A DNA stretch of 64,000 bases, taken from positions 1,237-65,236 of the forward strand of contig JBDRRK010000012.1 of the NCBI GenBank assembly GCA_043825775.1, written 5' to 3'. Positions within the stretch are counted from its first letter, which is position 1. Each line of letters opens with the position of its first letter. The DNA is from an archaeon. Lineage in GTDB: Archaea; Nanobdellota; Nanobdellia; SCGC-AAA011-G17; GW2011-AR17. The notes beneath the pieces were generated by a model that saw only the letters and a program-made list of their open reading frames with translations, ran no database searches and had not been told where the DNA came from. Positions 1 through 10,572 of the stretch are shown here, piece after piece. The translations under genes and the position numbers were made by a program.

Positions 1-81
1 ACTGCAGATTTTCTCTTAGTTAACAAGGAATTTGAAGCTATTATTGAAGAGGCTTATCAAGAGTTGTTAGAAGAACAATAG
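1..81 (+). CDS. 3' end of a CDS entering the window (partial, unknown product)
   Basis: Frame 1 open from base 1 to TAG at 79-81. Confidence 0.5.
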   Translation, partial: TADFLLVNKEFEAIIEEAYQELLEEQ

Positions 82-118
82 AGAAAACTTAATAAAACCT
101 TATTCTTTTTAGTAATTT

Positions 119-1618
119 ATGCATTGGACTGATTCAATTGTTAAAAAAATTGTAGCTGAGAAAGGAGAGAAAAAGAAATATACTGTTGCGGCAGGGATAA
201 CTCCTTCTGGTGAGGTACATATTGGTAATTTTAGAGAGATTATTACTGTTGATTTGGTTGCAAGGGCATTAGTTAAAGCAGGGAAGAAGATTAGATTTAT
301 TTATTCTTGGGATGATTATGATGTTTTTAGAAAGGTTCCTAAAGGTTTGCCTAAACAGGATATGTTGAATAAGAATTTAAGGAAAGCGATTGTTGATGTT
401 TCTGATCCCTTTGGTAATGAAGAGAGTTATGCAAGACATTTTGAGGTTGAAGTAGAAAATGATGTTGCTAAAGTTGGAATAAAACCTGAATTTTTATATC
501 AAGCAAAGAAATATAGAAATGGGGATTATGCTAAAGGAATAAAAACTGCTTTAGATAATTCTTCTGTTATTAGAGATATTTTAAATAAGTATAGACAAGA
601 GCCCTTGAAAGAAAGTTGGTTGCCATTAACTGGTTTTTGTCCTAAATGTGGAAAGGATGAAATAGAATTTTCTGATTATAATAAAGGAAAAGTAAAATTT
701 TCTTGTAAGACTTGTAATAAAGTTGAAGAGATTAGTATTAATGAAAAATTTTTGAAATTACCTTGGAGAATTGATTGGCCGATGAGATGGAGTTATGAAA
801 AAGTTGATTTTGAACCTGGTGGTAAGGACCATTCAACTGAGGGAGGATCATTTAGTACTGGAAAAGAGATTGTAAAAGTTTATGATTGGACTGCTCCTAC
901 TTATTTGATGTATAACTTTATTTCAATTAAAGGTGCAGGTGGTAAGATATCTAGTTCTTTAGGAAATGTTATTACTCTTGGAGATTGTTTGGAAGTTTAT
1001 GAGCCTGAGATTGTAAGATGGTTGTTTGCAGGAACAAGACCTGGAGCTGAGTTTGCAATTTCTTTTGATGTTGATGTTTTAAGAATTTATGAAGACTTTG
1101 ATAGATGTGAAAGAATTTATTTTGGTAAACAAGATGCTAAAAATGATAAGGATTTAGAAAATCAGAAAGCAATTTATGAACTATCTGTTGTTGATAAAGT
1201 TCCTTCTAAGATGCCTTTGCAACCATCATTTAGACATTTGGCTACTTTGGTACAATTGTATGAAGGTGATTTAGATAAAGTTGAGAAGGAAGTTGGCAAG
1301 GGTAGAAGGATTAGAGCTGAATGTGCAATGAATTGGATTGAAAAGTATGCTCCTGAAGAGATGAAATTTAAGCTAGTTGATAAAATAAAAAGTAAAGATA
1401 TTAAACTAATTAAAGAAGTTGTTAGTAAAATGGATGGAAAGATTACTGATAAAGAATTACATGAAGAGATTTATAAAATTTGTAATGAGAATAATTATGA
1501 GCCTGCTGATTTCTTTAAACTGTTTTACAAAGCATTAATCAATAAAGAGAAAGGTCCTAAATTAGCTAGTTTCTTGTTGACTATTGGTAGAGTTAGACTC
1601 GACAAGCTCTTGAGTTGA
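119..1618 (+). CDS. lysS: Lysyl-tRNA synthetase, class I
   Basis: GITPSGEVHIGNFRE (HIGH-like), KLPWRIDWPMRW, KISSSLGN (KMSKS-like), Zn knuckles. Confidence 0.96.
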   Translation: MHWTDSIVKKIVAEKGEKKKYTVAAGITPSGEVHIGNFREIITVDLVARALVKAGKKIRFIYSWDDYDVFRKVPKGLPKQDMLNKNLRKAIVDVSDPFGNEESYARHFEVEVENDVAKVGIKPEFLYQAKKYRNGDYAKGIKTALDNSSVIRDILNKYRQEPLKESWLPLTGFCPKCGKDEIEFSDYNKGKVKFSCKTCNKVEEISINEKFLKLPWRIDWPMRWSYEKVDFEPGGKDHSTEGGSFSTGKEIVKVYDWTAPTYLMYNFISIKGAGGKISSSLGNVITLGDCLEVYEPEIVRWLFAGTRPGAEFAISFDVDVLRIYEDFDRCERIYFGKQDAKNDKDLENQKAIYELSVVDKVPSKMPLQPSFRHLATLVQLYEGDLDKVEKEVGKGRRIRAECAMNWIEKYAPEEMKFKLVDKIKSKDIKLIKEVVSKMDGKITDKELHEEIYKICNENNYEPADFFKLFYKALINKEKGPKLASFLLTIGRVRLDKLLS

Positions 1619-1843
1619 GTTTGTTACTTGTTCTTCTACAACAATTGGTTCTTCTGTTATGTTTTCTTCTGGAACTACTATTATTCCTGGAGTTGATTTT
1701 TCTACTGTTAATGTTTGAAAAATTAATAATCCTACTACAATTACTATTGCTCCTATTAGAACAAATTTTGTTACTTTTGTAAAAAATGTGAATAAAAGAT
1801 AAATAATTACAAGTATTATTAAAATTGTTATCAATTGATTCAT
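1562..1843 (-). CDS. Small membrane protein
   Basis: Two hydrophobic helices; start overlaps the pyrG stop; 3' end overlaps the lysS end. Confidence 0.6.
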   Translation of the reverse strand: MNQLITILIILVIIYLLFTFFTKVTKFVLIGAIVIVVGLLIFQTLTVEKSTPGIIVVPEENITEEPIVVEEQVTNSTQELVESNSTNSQQETS

Positions 1844-3465
1844 ATGATTATATTAACTTCTTCTGTATATAAGTTTTTTCTTTCTAAAGCTGCTTTTATT
1901 AGGTTGTAGAACATTGGATGTGGTGCATCTAATTTTGATGTTAGTTCTGGGTGAAATTGTCCTGCCATGAAATAAGGATGATCTTTTAGTTCTATTATTT
2001 GCATTATATTATCATTGTCTTCTGAAATTCCTGAAAATATCATGCCATGTTCTTCTAATAGCTTAATATGTTCTGGATTTACTTCATATCTATGTCTAAA
2101 TCTTTGTCTTGTTTTTTCACCAAACATTTCGTATGCTTTTGTGTTTTGTTTTATTATCACATCATGTGCACCCAAACGCATTGTTCCACCTTTGTCTGTT
2201 ACATTTTGTTGTGATGGAAGAATACAAATAACCTTATGGGGGGATTGTGGATCTGTTTCTGTTGTGTTTGCGTTTGCAAGATTACAAATATGTCTTGAAT
2301 ATTCAATTACTGCCATTTGCAATCCATAACAAATGCCTAAGAAAGGAATGTTGTTTTCTCTTACAAATTTTACTGCTGCTATTTTACCTTCAACTCCTCT
2401 TGAGCCAAAGCCTCCAGGTACAATAACTCCGTGAACATCTTTTAGAATTTCTGAATAATTAGCATTTTCACTTGTTTCAATCCATTTTAATTTTATTTTG
2501 CATTGAAGATTTGCTTCACAATGTTTTAGTGCTTCTAGAATAGATGCATAAGAATCTTCTAGTGCTGTGTACTTTCCACAGATTGCAATTGTTACTTCTT
2601 GATTTGGATTTGATAGGTTTGCAATTAATTTTTTCCATTTTAATAATTCAGGAGGAGAGTAAAGGTTTAGTTTTTTGTGTAATATTTCTACTAGACCTTC
2701 TTTTTCAAATACAAATGGAATTTTATATATATTATCTACATCCAAACCAGTTATTACTGCTTCTTCGTCAATATTACAGAATTGTGCTATTTTTTTCTTG
2801 ATTTTATCTTCAAGATATTGTGAACATCTTCCTATAATGACATCAGGCTGAATACCTTTATGTCTTAGTAGATTTACTGATTGTTGAGTTGGTTTTGATT
2901 TTTGTTCATTAACTCCAGATGGGATTGGAACATAGGTTAGATGCACATATAGAATATTATTTTTTCCAACTCTATTTCTTAATTCTCTGCATGCTTCAAT
3001 GTATAATTCATTTTCAATGTCTCCAACTGTACCCCCAATTTCTATTAGAACTAGATCTGCTTGTTCTTTTACTCCAACTTCAATAACCCATTCTTGAATT
3101 GAATTTGTTACATGTGGAATGAATTGAACAGTTTTTCCAAGATAATCCCCTCTTCTTTCTTTGTTTCTTATTCTTTCAAAGACCTTTCCCATTGTTAGAT
3201 TCCACTCTGATTTACAAGTTATGTTTAGGAATCTTTCATAATGCCCGAAGTCCATATCTACTTCTCCTCCATCATCCAATACAAAGACTTCTCCATGTTC
3301 AATTGGATTCATTGTTCCTGGATCTACGTTTAAGTATCCGTCCATTTTTATTGGGACAATTTTCATTCTAGAAGAGAGCAATTTGCCTATAGAAGCTGCT
3401 GCGATGCCTTTTCCAAGGCCAGAAAGAACACCTCCAGTGACTACAATATACTTTCTCTCTTGCAT
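1840..3465 (-). CDS. pyrG: CTP synthase
   Basis: VTGGVLSGLGKG, NVDPGTMNP, GICYGLQ glutaminase Cys, QFHPE. Confidence 0.98.
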   Translation of the reverse strand: MQERKYIVVTGGVLSGLGKGIAAASIGKLLSSRMKIVPIKMDGYLNVDPGTMNPIEHGEVFVLDDGGEVDMDFGHYERFLNITCKSEWNLTMGKVFERIRNKERRGDYLGKTVQFIPHVTNSIQEWVIEVGVKEQADLVLIEIGGTVGDIENELYIEACRELRNRVGKNNILYVHLTYVPIPSGVNEQKSKPTQQSVNLLRHKGIQPDVIIGRCSQYLEDKIKKKIAQFCNIDEEAVITGLDVDNIYKIPFVFEKEGLVEILHKKLNLYSPPELLKWKKLIANLSNPNQEVTIAICGKYTALEDSYASILEALKHCEANLQCKIKLKWIETSENANYSEILKDVHGVIVPGGFGSRGVEGKIAAVKFVRENNIPFLGICYGLQMAVIEYSRHICNLANANTTETDPQSPHKVICILPSQQNVTDKGGTMRLGAHDVIIKQNTKAYEMFGEKTRQRFRHRYEVNPEHIKLLEEHGMIFSGISEDNDNIMQIIELKDHPYFMAGQFHPELTSKLDAPHPMFYNLIKAALERKNLYTEEVNIII

Positions 3466-3549
3466 TTTATTTTTTCGGGTTAGAGGGTTTTTAAATATTA
3501 TAGTAATGTAATAGATAGGTTTAAAAATAATGTGATTATTTTTTTATTT

Positions 3550-3732
3550 ATGGAAGAAAAAGAATTTAATATCAAATTTCAGATTAGAGATGGTAGAATT
3601 GCTACTAAGATGACTTCTAAGAATATGCAAGTGCAAGAGAAGATTGGTTTGTTGGAGATTGCTAAACAACAGGTGTTGGATGAGGTTAGGAAGACTAAAA
3701 GAGATATATTTAAGGGTTATAAGGATGAGTGA
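3550..3732 (+). CDS. Small hypothetical protein
   Basis: 60-aa ORF from ATG 3550, overlapping the HIT gene start. Confidence 0.55.
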   Translation: MEEKEFNIKFQIRDGRIATKMTSKNMQVQEKIGLLEIAKQQVLDEVRKTKRDIFKGYKDE

Positions 3733-4141
3733 TTGTGTTTTTTGTAAGATTATTAAAGGTAAAGTTCCTTGTACTAAGATTTATGAAGATGAACACAACT
3801 TTGTTTTTTTGAGTATAAGTCCGGCTGTACCAGAAGGAGGGCATACTTTAGTTATTCCTAAGAAACATTATGAGCATATTGATGAGATGGATGAAGAGAG
3901 TTATTTAAATTTAATGAAGACTGTACATAAATTTTCTAAAGTATTATTAAAATTTGGTGAAGGTTTAAATATTGTTCAAAATAATCATAAAATTGCTGGA
4001 CAGGTTGTTCCACATGTGCATTTTCATTTGATTCCTAGATTTTCTGATGATCATGTTGAGATAAATTATTGGAAAGAGCATGAGTTTTCTAAAGAAAAGA
4101 TGAAAGAAGTGGCTGAAAAGATAAAAAAATTAAGCTCCTAG
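3725..4141 (+). CDS. HIT family hydrolase
   Basis: MSDCVFCKII start, GHTLVIPKKH, HVHFHLIPR histidine triad; true start probably ATG 3725. Confidence 0.93.
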   Translation: MSDCVFCKIIKGKVPCTKIYEDEHNFVFLSISPAVPEGGHTLVIPKKHYEHIDEMDEESYLNLMKTVHKFSKVLLKFGEGLNIVQNNHKIAGQVVPHVHFHLIPRFSDDHVEINYWKEHEFSKEKMKEVAEKIKKLSS

Positions 4142-4327
4142 AAATTTTAGAGCTTCAAATACTAGAAATGCTGGCCATACTAATGATTTTAGAATACCTA
4201 GAACTCCCATCCAGAATCCGGTTGCTGTTGATACATAATAAATTGCTGAACCTATGAATCCAAGTCCATAGAGTGCTCCTGTGCAACCATGGCTGCTCAT
4301 ACTACAACTATATGCTTTTTTCTTCAT
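4130..4327 (-). CDS. Small two-helix membrane protein
   Basis: ATG 4327 with GGAGG upstream; ALYGLGFIG...ILKSLVWPAF. Confidence 0.65.
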   Translation of the reverse strand: MKKKAYSCSMSSHGCTGALYGLGFIGSAIYYVSTATGFWMGVLGILKSLVWPAFLVFEALKFLGA

Positions 4328-4340
4328 TTTTGTCCTCCTA

Positions 4341-4622
4341 TTATTTTCCATTGTTTTTTGTACAAAAATATAATTTCTTAAGCTTGTTTTCTTTGTGAAC
4401 TTTACATTGTGCACATATACATCCTTTTTCTTTAGATATACAGTTGCTTTTTTCAAATGCACAAAATAAACCTTCAAAATGATTTAATTTTTGTATGTTT
4501 CCTTTTATTTTAGCCTTAGCATAATTAGGAATTGCTTTTATCTTGCATCTTAGGCTATAACTTGGACAGCTTATACAAATACATTTGTTTAAGTTTTCTT
4601 TTGTTCTTTTAACTTTTCCCAT
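4341..4622 (-). CDS. Cys-rich DUF2769-like protein
   Basis: CICISCPSY...LFC...C...GCICAQCKV...YFC pattern. Confidence 0.7.
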   Translation of the reverse strand: MGKVKRTKENLNKCICISCPSYSLRCKIKAIPNYAKAKIKGNIQKLNHFEGLFCAFEKSNCISKEKGCICAQCKVHKENKLKKLYFCTKNNGK

Positions 4623-4685
4623 ATTTTTATGAGGATATTTTTGTTTATAATGTTTTGTTTTTGTGTAAAAACTTTTTAGATTAGT

Positions 4686-5663
4686 TTAAAGTAACCAAAC
4701 AACTACAAGAAAATAGATTATTATAGAAGTTATATCTGAAATTATTGTTGCAACTGGTCCGCTACCTAATGCTGGATCAAATTTAAATTTTTTAATTAAA
4801 AAAGTAATAAAAAGAGCACTACAGCTTGTGATTAGAAGTGAGATAAATGAAGCTAAAGCTATTACGAAAGCTATAAGTGGCATTTTCCAAACTAATAAGA
4901 TAAATAAGAAGATCATACTTCCAATAATAATTCCCATTATGGATGCAACTTCTAATTGTTTAAAAAAATATTTTTTAATATTAATCTTTTTTCCTAGAAC
5001 TGCTAAATCCCTTACAAATATAGTTTGAACTTGTGTTCCTAGCGCATCACTCATATAAACAATTGCAGGAACAAAAGATGCAATAATCAAATATTTTGCA
5101 AGTGTTTCTTCAAATAATACTATATATAAAGCCATGAACATTGCGCCCATGAGTCCGACAATTAGCCAAGGTATACGATCTTTTATAACCTTAAGTAAAG
5201 GAATTTCTAAACTGTTTTCGAACTCTAAGTGGGATTTGTGAATTCCTGCAAAATTGAATATGTTTTCCTTTAATGATTTGTTTATTGTTGATATGATCTG
5301 TCTTGAGGATATAACTCCTAGTAGTTTTTTTGATTTTACAACAGGGATTTGTTTTAAGTTATATTTTAATGCTAAATGAGCAATTGTTTCCATTTCTGTT
5401 GTTGGAGAAACAGTTATTATTCTTTTTTTAATGAATTCTTTTATAGGCCTGTTTTTAGAGTTGTTAAAAAGTTCTTGTATAGAAAATACACCTGTAAGTT
5501 TGTTTTTATTGTTAATTATATATATGTAATCAACACTATCAAAAGTATTACTACTTTTTTCTAGCATAGCAAGAACATCTTTTACAGTATTACTCTCTTT
5601 AACTAATGGAATTTTTTTGATAATATATTTTTCTATTGAATGAGTTGCAATTTTATTATCCAT
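4686..5663 (-). CDS. mgtE: MgtE-family magnesium transporter (CBS pair plus TM domain)
   Basis: N-terminal CBS pair, RIPWL, DPALGSGPVATIISD. Confidence 0.88.
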   Translation of the reverse strand: MDNKIATHSIEKYIIKKIPLVKESNTVKDVLAMLEKSSNTFDSVDYIYIINNKNKLTGVFSIQELFNNSKNRPIKEFIKKRIITVSPTTEMETIAHLALKYNLKQIPVVKSKKLLGVISSRQIISTINKSLKENIFNFAGIHKSHLEFENSLEIPLLKVIKDRIPWLIVGLMGAMFMALYIVLFEETLAKYLIIASFVPAIVYMSDALGTQVQTIFVRDLAVLGKKINIKKYFFKQLEVASIMGIIIGSMIFLFILLVWKMPLIAFVIALASFISLLITSCSALFITFLIKKFKFDPALGSGPVATIISDITSIIIYFLVVVWLL

Positions 5664-5796
5664 ACTACCTTCTTTTTTAAATTTATTTTAATACTTAGAT
5701 TAGTTATATTTATAGCCTTTTCTATGAGATTTATTAAAAAATGCATAGGATATCTTTAAAAACTTTTATAAATGCCAGTTTTTTCTTGTTGGTAAT

Positions 5797-5870
5797 GGCG
5801 TTGTGGCTTAGTCTGGTAAAGCATCAGTCTCATGAGCTGAGGATCGGGGGTTCGAATCCCCTCAACGCCA
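5797..5870 (+). tRNA. tRNA with CAT anticodon (elongator Met or Ile2; not initiator)
   Basis: Cloverleaf GGCGTTG...CAACGCCA, anticodon arm TCAGT-CTCATGA-GCTGA, TTCGAAT T-loop; TATA TTTATAAA at ~5765. Confidence 0.9.
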
Positions 5871-5882
5871 GATTTTTTTAAA

Positions 5883-6284
5883 ATGATAAAACCTGTTCTA
5901 GTGGATGAGGATATAAGGTGGGAATGTGTTAATTGTGGTAGATGTTGTTTTAAGATTGGTGATGAGTTTTCTTTGCATTTGTTTGGAGTTAAAACGGATA
6001 ATGGTAAATGTGTTAAATTTGATAAAAGGTGTACTATCTATAATGAAAGGCCACTGGGTTGTAAAATGTATCCTTTTTATCCAGATTGGGAGAGGTTGAA
6101 AAAAGGTGAAATTAGTTTTAATGTTGGTGGTTTACAGATTGATTCTGATTGTAGTGGTTTTGGTTCTGGGGATTTGGTTGTAGGTAATAAGAAGTTGTTT
6201 AAGAAGTTGAAGAAAGTTGCTTTAGAGTTAAAGGAAAAAATGATTGAGAATAGATCTGGGAAGATTAAAGAATTGTTTATGTAA
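5883..6284 (+). CDS. YkgJ-family CxxCxxCC (Zn/Fe-S) protein
   Basis: CVNCGRCC, CTIYNERPLGCKMYPF. Confidence 0.85.
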   Translation: MIKPVLVDEDIRWECVNCGRCCFKIGDEFSLHLFGVKTDNGKCVKFDKRCTIYNERPLGCKMYPFYPDWERLKKGEISFNVGGLQIDSDCSGFGSGDLVVGNKKLFKKLKKVALELKEKMIENRSGKIKELFM

Positions 6285-6341
6285 AAAATTAATAATTTCT
6301 TTTAATATTTTAGTTAATTTTATTAAGTAATTAATCTTGAT

Positions 6342-8126
6342 ATGATTATGAAGAAGTTTAAGGACCTTGATTTAAAATATAACTTCAAGATTTATTTGAG
6401 TTTCTTGAAAGAATATAAATTTGCTGTAATCACAATGCTTTTGATAGTTTTTATACTAGAAGTTACTTATGCTGTTGATAAATATTTGTTTAAAATTCTT
6501 ATTGATGAAGGAACTGAATTTGTAAATTTAGACTTGGCTAGGTCTGAATTTGTTGATATTCTTTTAATGATTGCTGTTGTTTTTATTATTCTTATTATTA
6601 TAAGATTTCTTTTTACTTTTTTAAAGACTCATATTATGATAAGATTAGAAAGTAAATTGATTAGAGATTTGAAAAGGAGATTTTTTAATCATATTATTCA
6701 TCTTTCGCATAATTTCCATTCTTCACATAAAACTGGATCTCTTATTTCAAGATTATTAAGAGGAAGTAGAGCTATAGAGGGGATGACTGATGTTATTGTC
6801 TTTAATTTTTCTCCGATGGTATTTCAGTTGATTGTTGTATTTGTTTCAATTGTTTATTTTGATTTTACTTCAGCTATGGTTGTTTTACTTACAGTTACTG
6901 CTTTTATTGTGTATAGTATTGTTTTACAGAACAGACAGAAAGAACATGGCAATATTAGAAATAGACAGGAGGATTATGAGAAGGCTTATCTGAGTGATGT
7001 CATGACTAATATTGATTCAATAAAATATTTTGGTAAAGAGGTTAATATTAAAAGAAGGTTTTCTTGGTTTACAGAGAAAACAAAAGATACATTGTTAAAA
7101 TATTGGAGTTTTTATAGGTGGCTTGATTCTGTTCAGATTTTAATTTTAGGAGTAGGAACTTTCTTTTTGATATACTTTCCAGCAGTCTCTTTTTTGAATG
7201 GAGAACTTACATTGGGTACTTTGGTATTTATCTTTACTGTTTTTGGTAATTTGGGAAGGCCATTGTATGGTTTTGTTTGGGGGATTAGAAGATATTATGA
7301 ATCAATGATAGACTTTGAAGATTTGTTTCAGTATGGCAAAATTGTAAATGAGATTGAAGATAAATATGATTCTTCTATTTTGAAGATAAGAAGAGGAGAA
7401 ATTGAATTTAAGGATGTTACTTTTGGTTATAGAAAAGATAAAATCTTTAAAGAGTTTGATTTGAAAATTGAGCCTAATCAAAAAGTAGCGATTATTGGTC
7501 ATTCTGGTTGTGGGAAAACTACCTTAGTAAAGTTGTTGTATAGGCTATATGATGTTGAAAGAGGGCAGATACTTATTGATGGAAAGGATATTAGAGATTT
7601 TAAACAGGAGTCTCTTAGAAGTGAGTTGAGTATTGTTCCTCAAGAATGTATCTTGTTTGATGATACTATTTACAATAACATTGCATTTTCAAAACCTGGA
7701 GCTAGTAGAATGGAAGTGATGAGGGCAATTAGGTTTGCTCAATTAGATAGAGTAATTGCTGGTTTTCCAAAAAAAGAAAGAACTATTGTTGGTGAACGTG
7801 GAGTTAAATTGTCTGGGGGGGAGAAGCAGAGGGTTTCAATTGCAAGAGCAATATTGGCTGATAAGAAAGTTTTAGTCTTGGATGAAGCGACTTCATCTTT
7901 AGATTCTGAAACTGAATATGAGATTCAAAAGGATTTGTTGAGATTGACTGAAGGAAGAACTGCAATAATGATTGCACATAGATTATCTACTATTATGCAT
8001 GCTGATAAGATTGTTGTTATGGATAAAGGGAAAATTGTTCAGATTGGTACACATAATCAGTTGTTGAGGCAAAAAGGGGAATATAGAAAATTGTGGAATT
8101 TACAGAAAGGAGGTTATATCAAGTGA
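6342..8126 (+). CDS. ABC exporter, fused TMD-NBD
   Basis: TM region, then GHSGCGKTT, LSGGEKQR, LDEATSSLD, IAHRLST. Confidence 0.93.
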   Translation: MIMKKFKDLDLKYNFKIYLSFLKEYKFAVITMLLIVFILEVTYAVDKYLFKILIDEGTEFVNLDLARSEFVDILLMIAVVFIILIIIRFLFTFLKTHIMIRLESKLIRDLKRRFFNHIIHLSHNFHSSHKTGSLISRLLRGSRAIEGMTDVIVFNFSPMVFQLIVVFVSIVYFDFTSAMVVLLTVTAFIVYSIVLQNRQKEHGNIRNRQEDYEKAYLSDVMTNIDSIKYFGKEVNIKRRFSWFTEKTKDTLLKYWSFYRWLDSVQILILGVGTFFLIYFPAVSFLNGELTLGTLVFIFTVFGNLGRPLYGFVWGIRRYYESMIDFEDLFQYGKIVNEIEDKYDSSILKIRRGEIEFKDVTFGYRKDKIFKEFDLKIEPNQKVAIIGHSGCGKTTLVKLLYRLYDVERGQILIDGKDIRDFKQESLRSELSIVPQECILFDDTIYNNIAFSKPGASRMEVMRAIRFAQLDRVIAGFPKKERTIVGERGVKLSGGEKQRVSIARAILADKKVLVLDEATSSLDSETEYEIQKDLLRLTEGRTAIMIAHRLSTIMHADKIVVMDKGKIVQIGTHNQLLRQKGEYRKLWNLQKGGYIK

Positions 8127-8227
8127 TTAATCGTCTTGATGATCCTTTTTTTTCATTGAGGCTAATGAGATTTCATCTTCAATCATATAATAGTATATGT
8201 TTTGAAAGGTTTTAAAGGTTGTGGAAC

Positions 8228-8332
8228 ATGGGAATAGAGAATTCAATACAAAAAAACAAAGAAATTTTGGCTGCTTTTATTAGTGGGTCTGTGGGTAGAA
8301 GAACTAACAATAATTTGGAGGAATTGAAATGA
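8228..8332 (+). pseudogene. Truncated N-terminal fragment of a minimal nucleotidyltransferase (34 aa)
   Basis: MGIENSIQKNKEILAAFISGSVGRR.. has the hGS motif but stops before DxD; ATGA overlap with the next gene. Confidence 0.4.
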
Positions 8333-8655
8333 AATGTTTACCAAAAAAATATTTAGAAACAAAAGAAAGAAAGGAGATGTGGGAAGAAGCTAAGAAGATT
8401 TTAACAAAAATAGATAAGACTCTTGATTTTTCTGAAGTTTATGTTGTTGGCTCTTTTGCAACTGATAAAAAGTCTCCTAATGATATTGATTTTGCTGTTA
8501 TTGCCAAAGTTAAGAGTAAGAAATCGAATATATCTTGGCCTATTGATTTTATTATTCTTCCTGAAAATGAAGATAAAAATGAGTACTTGGATTTTTTTAG
8601 AGAATATATGAAAAAAAAGTATAAAAAAGGTTCTGGTATGGTAAAGTTGAAATGA
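8329..8655 (+). CDS. Minimal nucleotidyltransferase (Pol-beta superfamily, MNT-like)
   Basis: VYVVGSFA...PNDIDFAV. Confidence 0.8.
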   Translation: MKCLPKKYLETKERKEMWEEAKKILTKIDKTLDFSEVYVVGSFATDKKSPNDIDFAVIAKVKSKKSNISWPIDFIILPENEDKNEYLDFFREYMKKKYKKGSGMVKLK

Positions 8656-9296
8656 AAAAAGTAACTCTTAAGGATATATTAGATTTAAGAAAAAATTCCT
8701 CTGAAGAGAATAGATTAATCAAGGAAGCCTATAAATTGGTTGTTAAAGTACATAAAGGACAGAAAAGAGCAAGTGGTGCACCGTATATTGAACATTTGCT
8801 TGAAGTGGGATATTTCTTAGCTAAAATGAAAATGGATTATGAGATTATAGTTGCAGGTTTATTACATGATTCTATTGAAGATGCTGATGTTTCTTTAGTT
8901 TATGTTAGAAAGTATTTTGGGAAAAGAGTTGCTAAACTGGTTGATGGTATGAGTTGGATTTTGAGAAGAGGGGTAAAAGATTGGCCTGCAAGTTATAAAA
9001 AGTTTTCAAAAATTGCACAGGAAGATACTGCTTTGGTTTATATTAAGATGGCTGATTTTAGGAGTAATTTCTCTGAAATGCAAGTTGTTAAGCATAAGAG
9101 ATTTTTTGAGAAGAAAGCAGGACCAAGAAACAAGACTTTTTTTATTCCTTTTTTTAGAGAGGTTGGATTGACTAAATTTGCAGAACAACTTGATAGAAAG
9201 ACAAGTAAATTTGTAAAAGAGGATGTTCCTGAGACCCTTTATGATTATATTAATAAAAGTGAGTTAAGAAAGATTAAGAAGGAGTTGAAGGTATGA
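8652..9296 (+). CDS. HD-domain protein, RelA/SpoT hydrolase (SAH/Mesh1)-like
   Basis: HKGQKRASGAPYIEHLLEV, AGLLHDSIED, IKMADFRSN. Confidence 0.85.
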   Translation: MKKVTLKDILDLRKNSSEENRLIKEAYKLVVKVHKGQKRASGAPYIEHLLEVGYFLAKMKMDYEIIVAGLLHDSIEDADVSLVYVRKYFGKRVAKLVDGMSWILRRGVKDWPASYKKFSKIAQEDTALVYIKMADFRSNFSEMQVVKHKRFFEKKAGPRNKTFFIPFFREVGLTKFAEQLDRKTSKFVKEDVPETLYDYINKSELRKIKKELKV

Positions 9297-9625
9297 AAGT
9301 TAAATTTCCATTTGATACAAAAGAATTATTTGATAATTGTGTAAAGAATGATCGTTTACCTAGGAATGATTTTAAGAAACAAGCTGTTTTGTTGAAGATT
9401 TTAGAGGATTTTAAAGATAAAAAATATAAAGAAATTGAAGTTAATGAAATTATTAAAAAATATTTTTCTGATTTTGCTACAATTAGAAGAGAATTAGTAA
9501 ATTATGGTTATTTTCATAAAGATTCTTATAAAAGTGAATATTGGGTTGTAAAAAGAGAGTTGACTATGAAAGATATTGAGAATAATACAATATTGAAAAA
9601 ACATGCTGAGGATTATTTGAAATGA
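9293..9625 (+). CDS. DUF2087-like wHTH protein
   Basis: KYKEIEVNEII...DFATIRRELVNYGYF pattern. Confidence 0.7.
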   Translation: MKVKFPFDTKELFDNCVKNDRLPRNDFKKQAVLLKILEDFKDKKYKEIEVNEIIKKYFSDFATIRRELVNYGYFHKDSYKSEYWVVKRELTMKDIENNTILKKHAEDYLK

Positions 9626-10572
9626 AACTATCAATAAAAGAATCTAAAAAAATATGCTGGGATTTAGATTTAGGGAAATTCAAGAGTATTAAATTAATAA
9701 AAGGAGGATTAGTTAACTTTAATTTTATTCTCAAAACAGATAAGGGGGAATTTATCATTAGGATGATGGGTCAAAAAATAACTCCTGGAAAACAAAAAAG
9801 ATTAAATTATGAATTTGAGCTTATGGAATTTTTAAATAGAAGCAAGTTTCCATATTTAACTCCTTATCCAATTAAGTCAAATACTAAGAGAATATTACAT
9901 AAAATTAACAATAAAGATTTTTGGGTTTATAAAAAATTACCAGGGAAGTCAAAAACAACTAGTCCAAATCTTCATCAAGTTAAAGAATTGGCTAAAGCCT
10001 TGGCAACATACCATAAATATGTAAAAAATTTTAAAATAAAAAAGAATGGTTTCCCAAAATACCTTAAATGGGTTCTTGAAGAAATAAATAATTGTAATCC
10101 TAAGAAAAATAAAGATAAAATTGAGGATTTAGCATTAAAGGAGAAAGATTTCTTTAAAAAAATAGTTCAGAGGGAAATAAAAAGGAATTATTCTAAGAAT
10201 GTAATAGCATCGCATAGTGATTTTGATGCTTCTAATGTTTTGTTTAAAGGAAATAAGATCATAGGAATTATAGATTTTGATGATTTTGATTATAGTCCAA
10301 AGATAAGGGATATTGCTGTAGCATTAAGAGATTCTTGTACTATTAGAAACAAATTAGATCCAAAAAGGACTAGAATTTTTTTAGATGAATATAAGAAAGT
10401 GAATAAACTGAGTAAAGAAGAAGAAAGTTTAATACCTAATATGATGTTAGCAGAAAATGCAGCTTTTTTTATCTGGGCTTATAGTAAGATGAAAAAAGAG
10501 AAAGAGAATAGATATAAATTTATGAGAGAAATGTCTATTCAGAGTAGAAATCTTTTGGAGAGTTTGAAATGA
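9622..10572 (+). CDS. Aminoglycoside phosphotransferase / type II homoserine kinase-like small-molecule kinase
   Basis: GGLVNFNF, HSDFDASNVLF (Brenner motif), IIDFDD. Confidence 0.85.
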   Translation: MKLSIKESKKICWDLDLGKFKSIKLIKGGLVNFNFILKTDKGEFIIRMMGQKITPGKQKRLNYEFELMEFLNRSKFPYLTPYPIKSNTKRILHKINNKDFWVYKKLPGKSKTTSPNLHQVKELAKALATYHKYVKNFKIKKNGFPKYLKWVLEEINNCNPKKNKDKIEDLALKEKDFFKKIVQREIKRNYSKNVIASHSDFDASNVLFKGNKIIGIIDFDDFDYSPKIRDIAVALRDSCTIRNKLDPKRTRIFLDEYKKVNKLSKEEESLIPNMMLAENAAFFIWAYSKMKKEKENRYKFMREMSIQSRNLLESLK

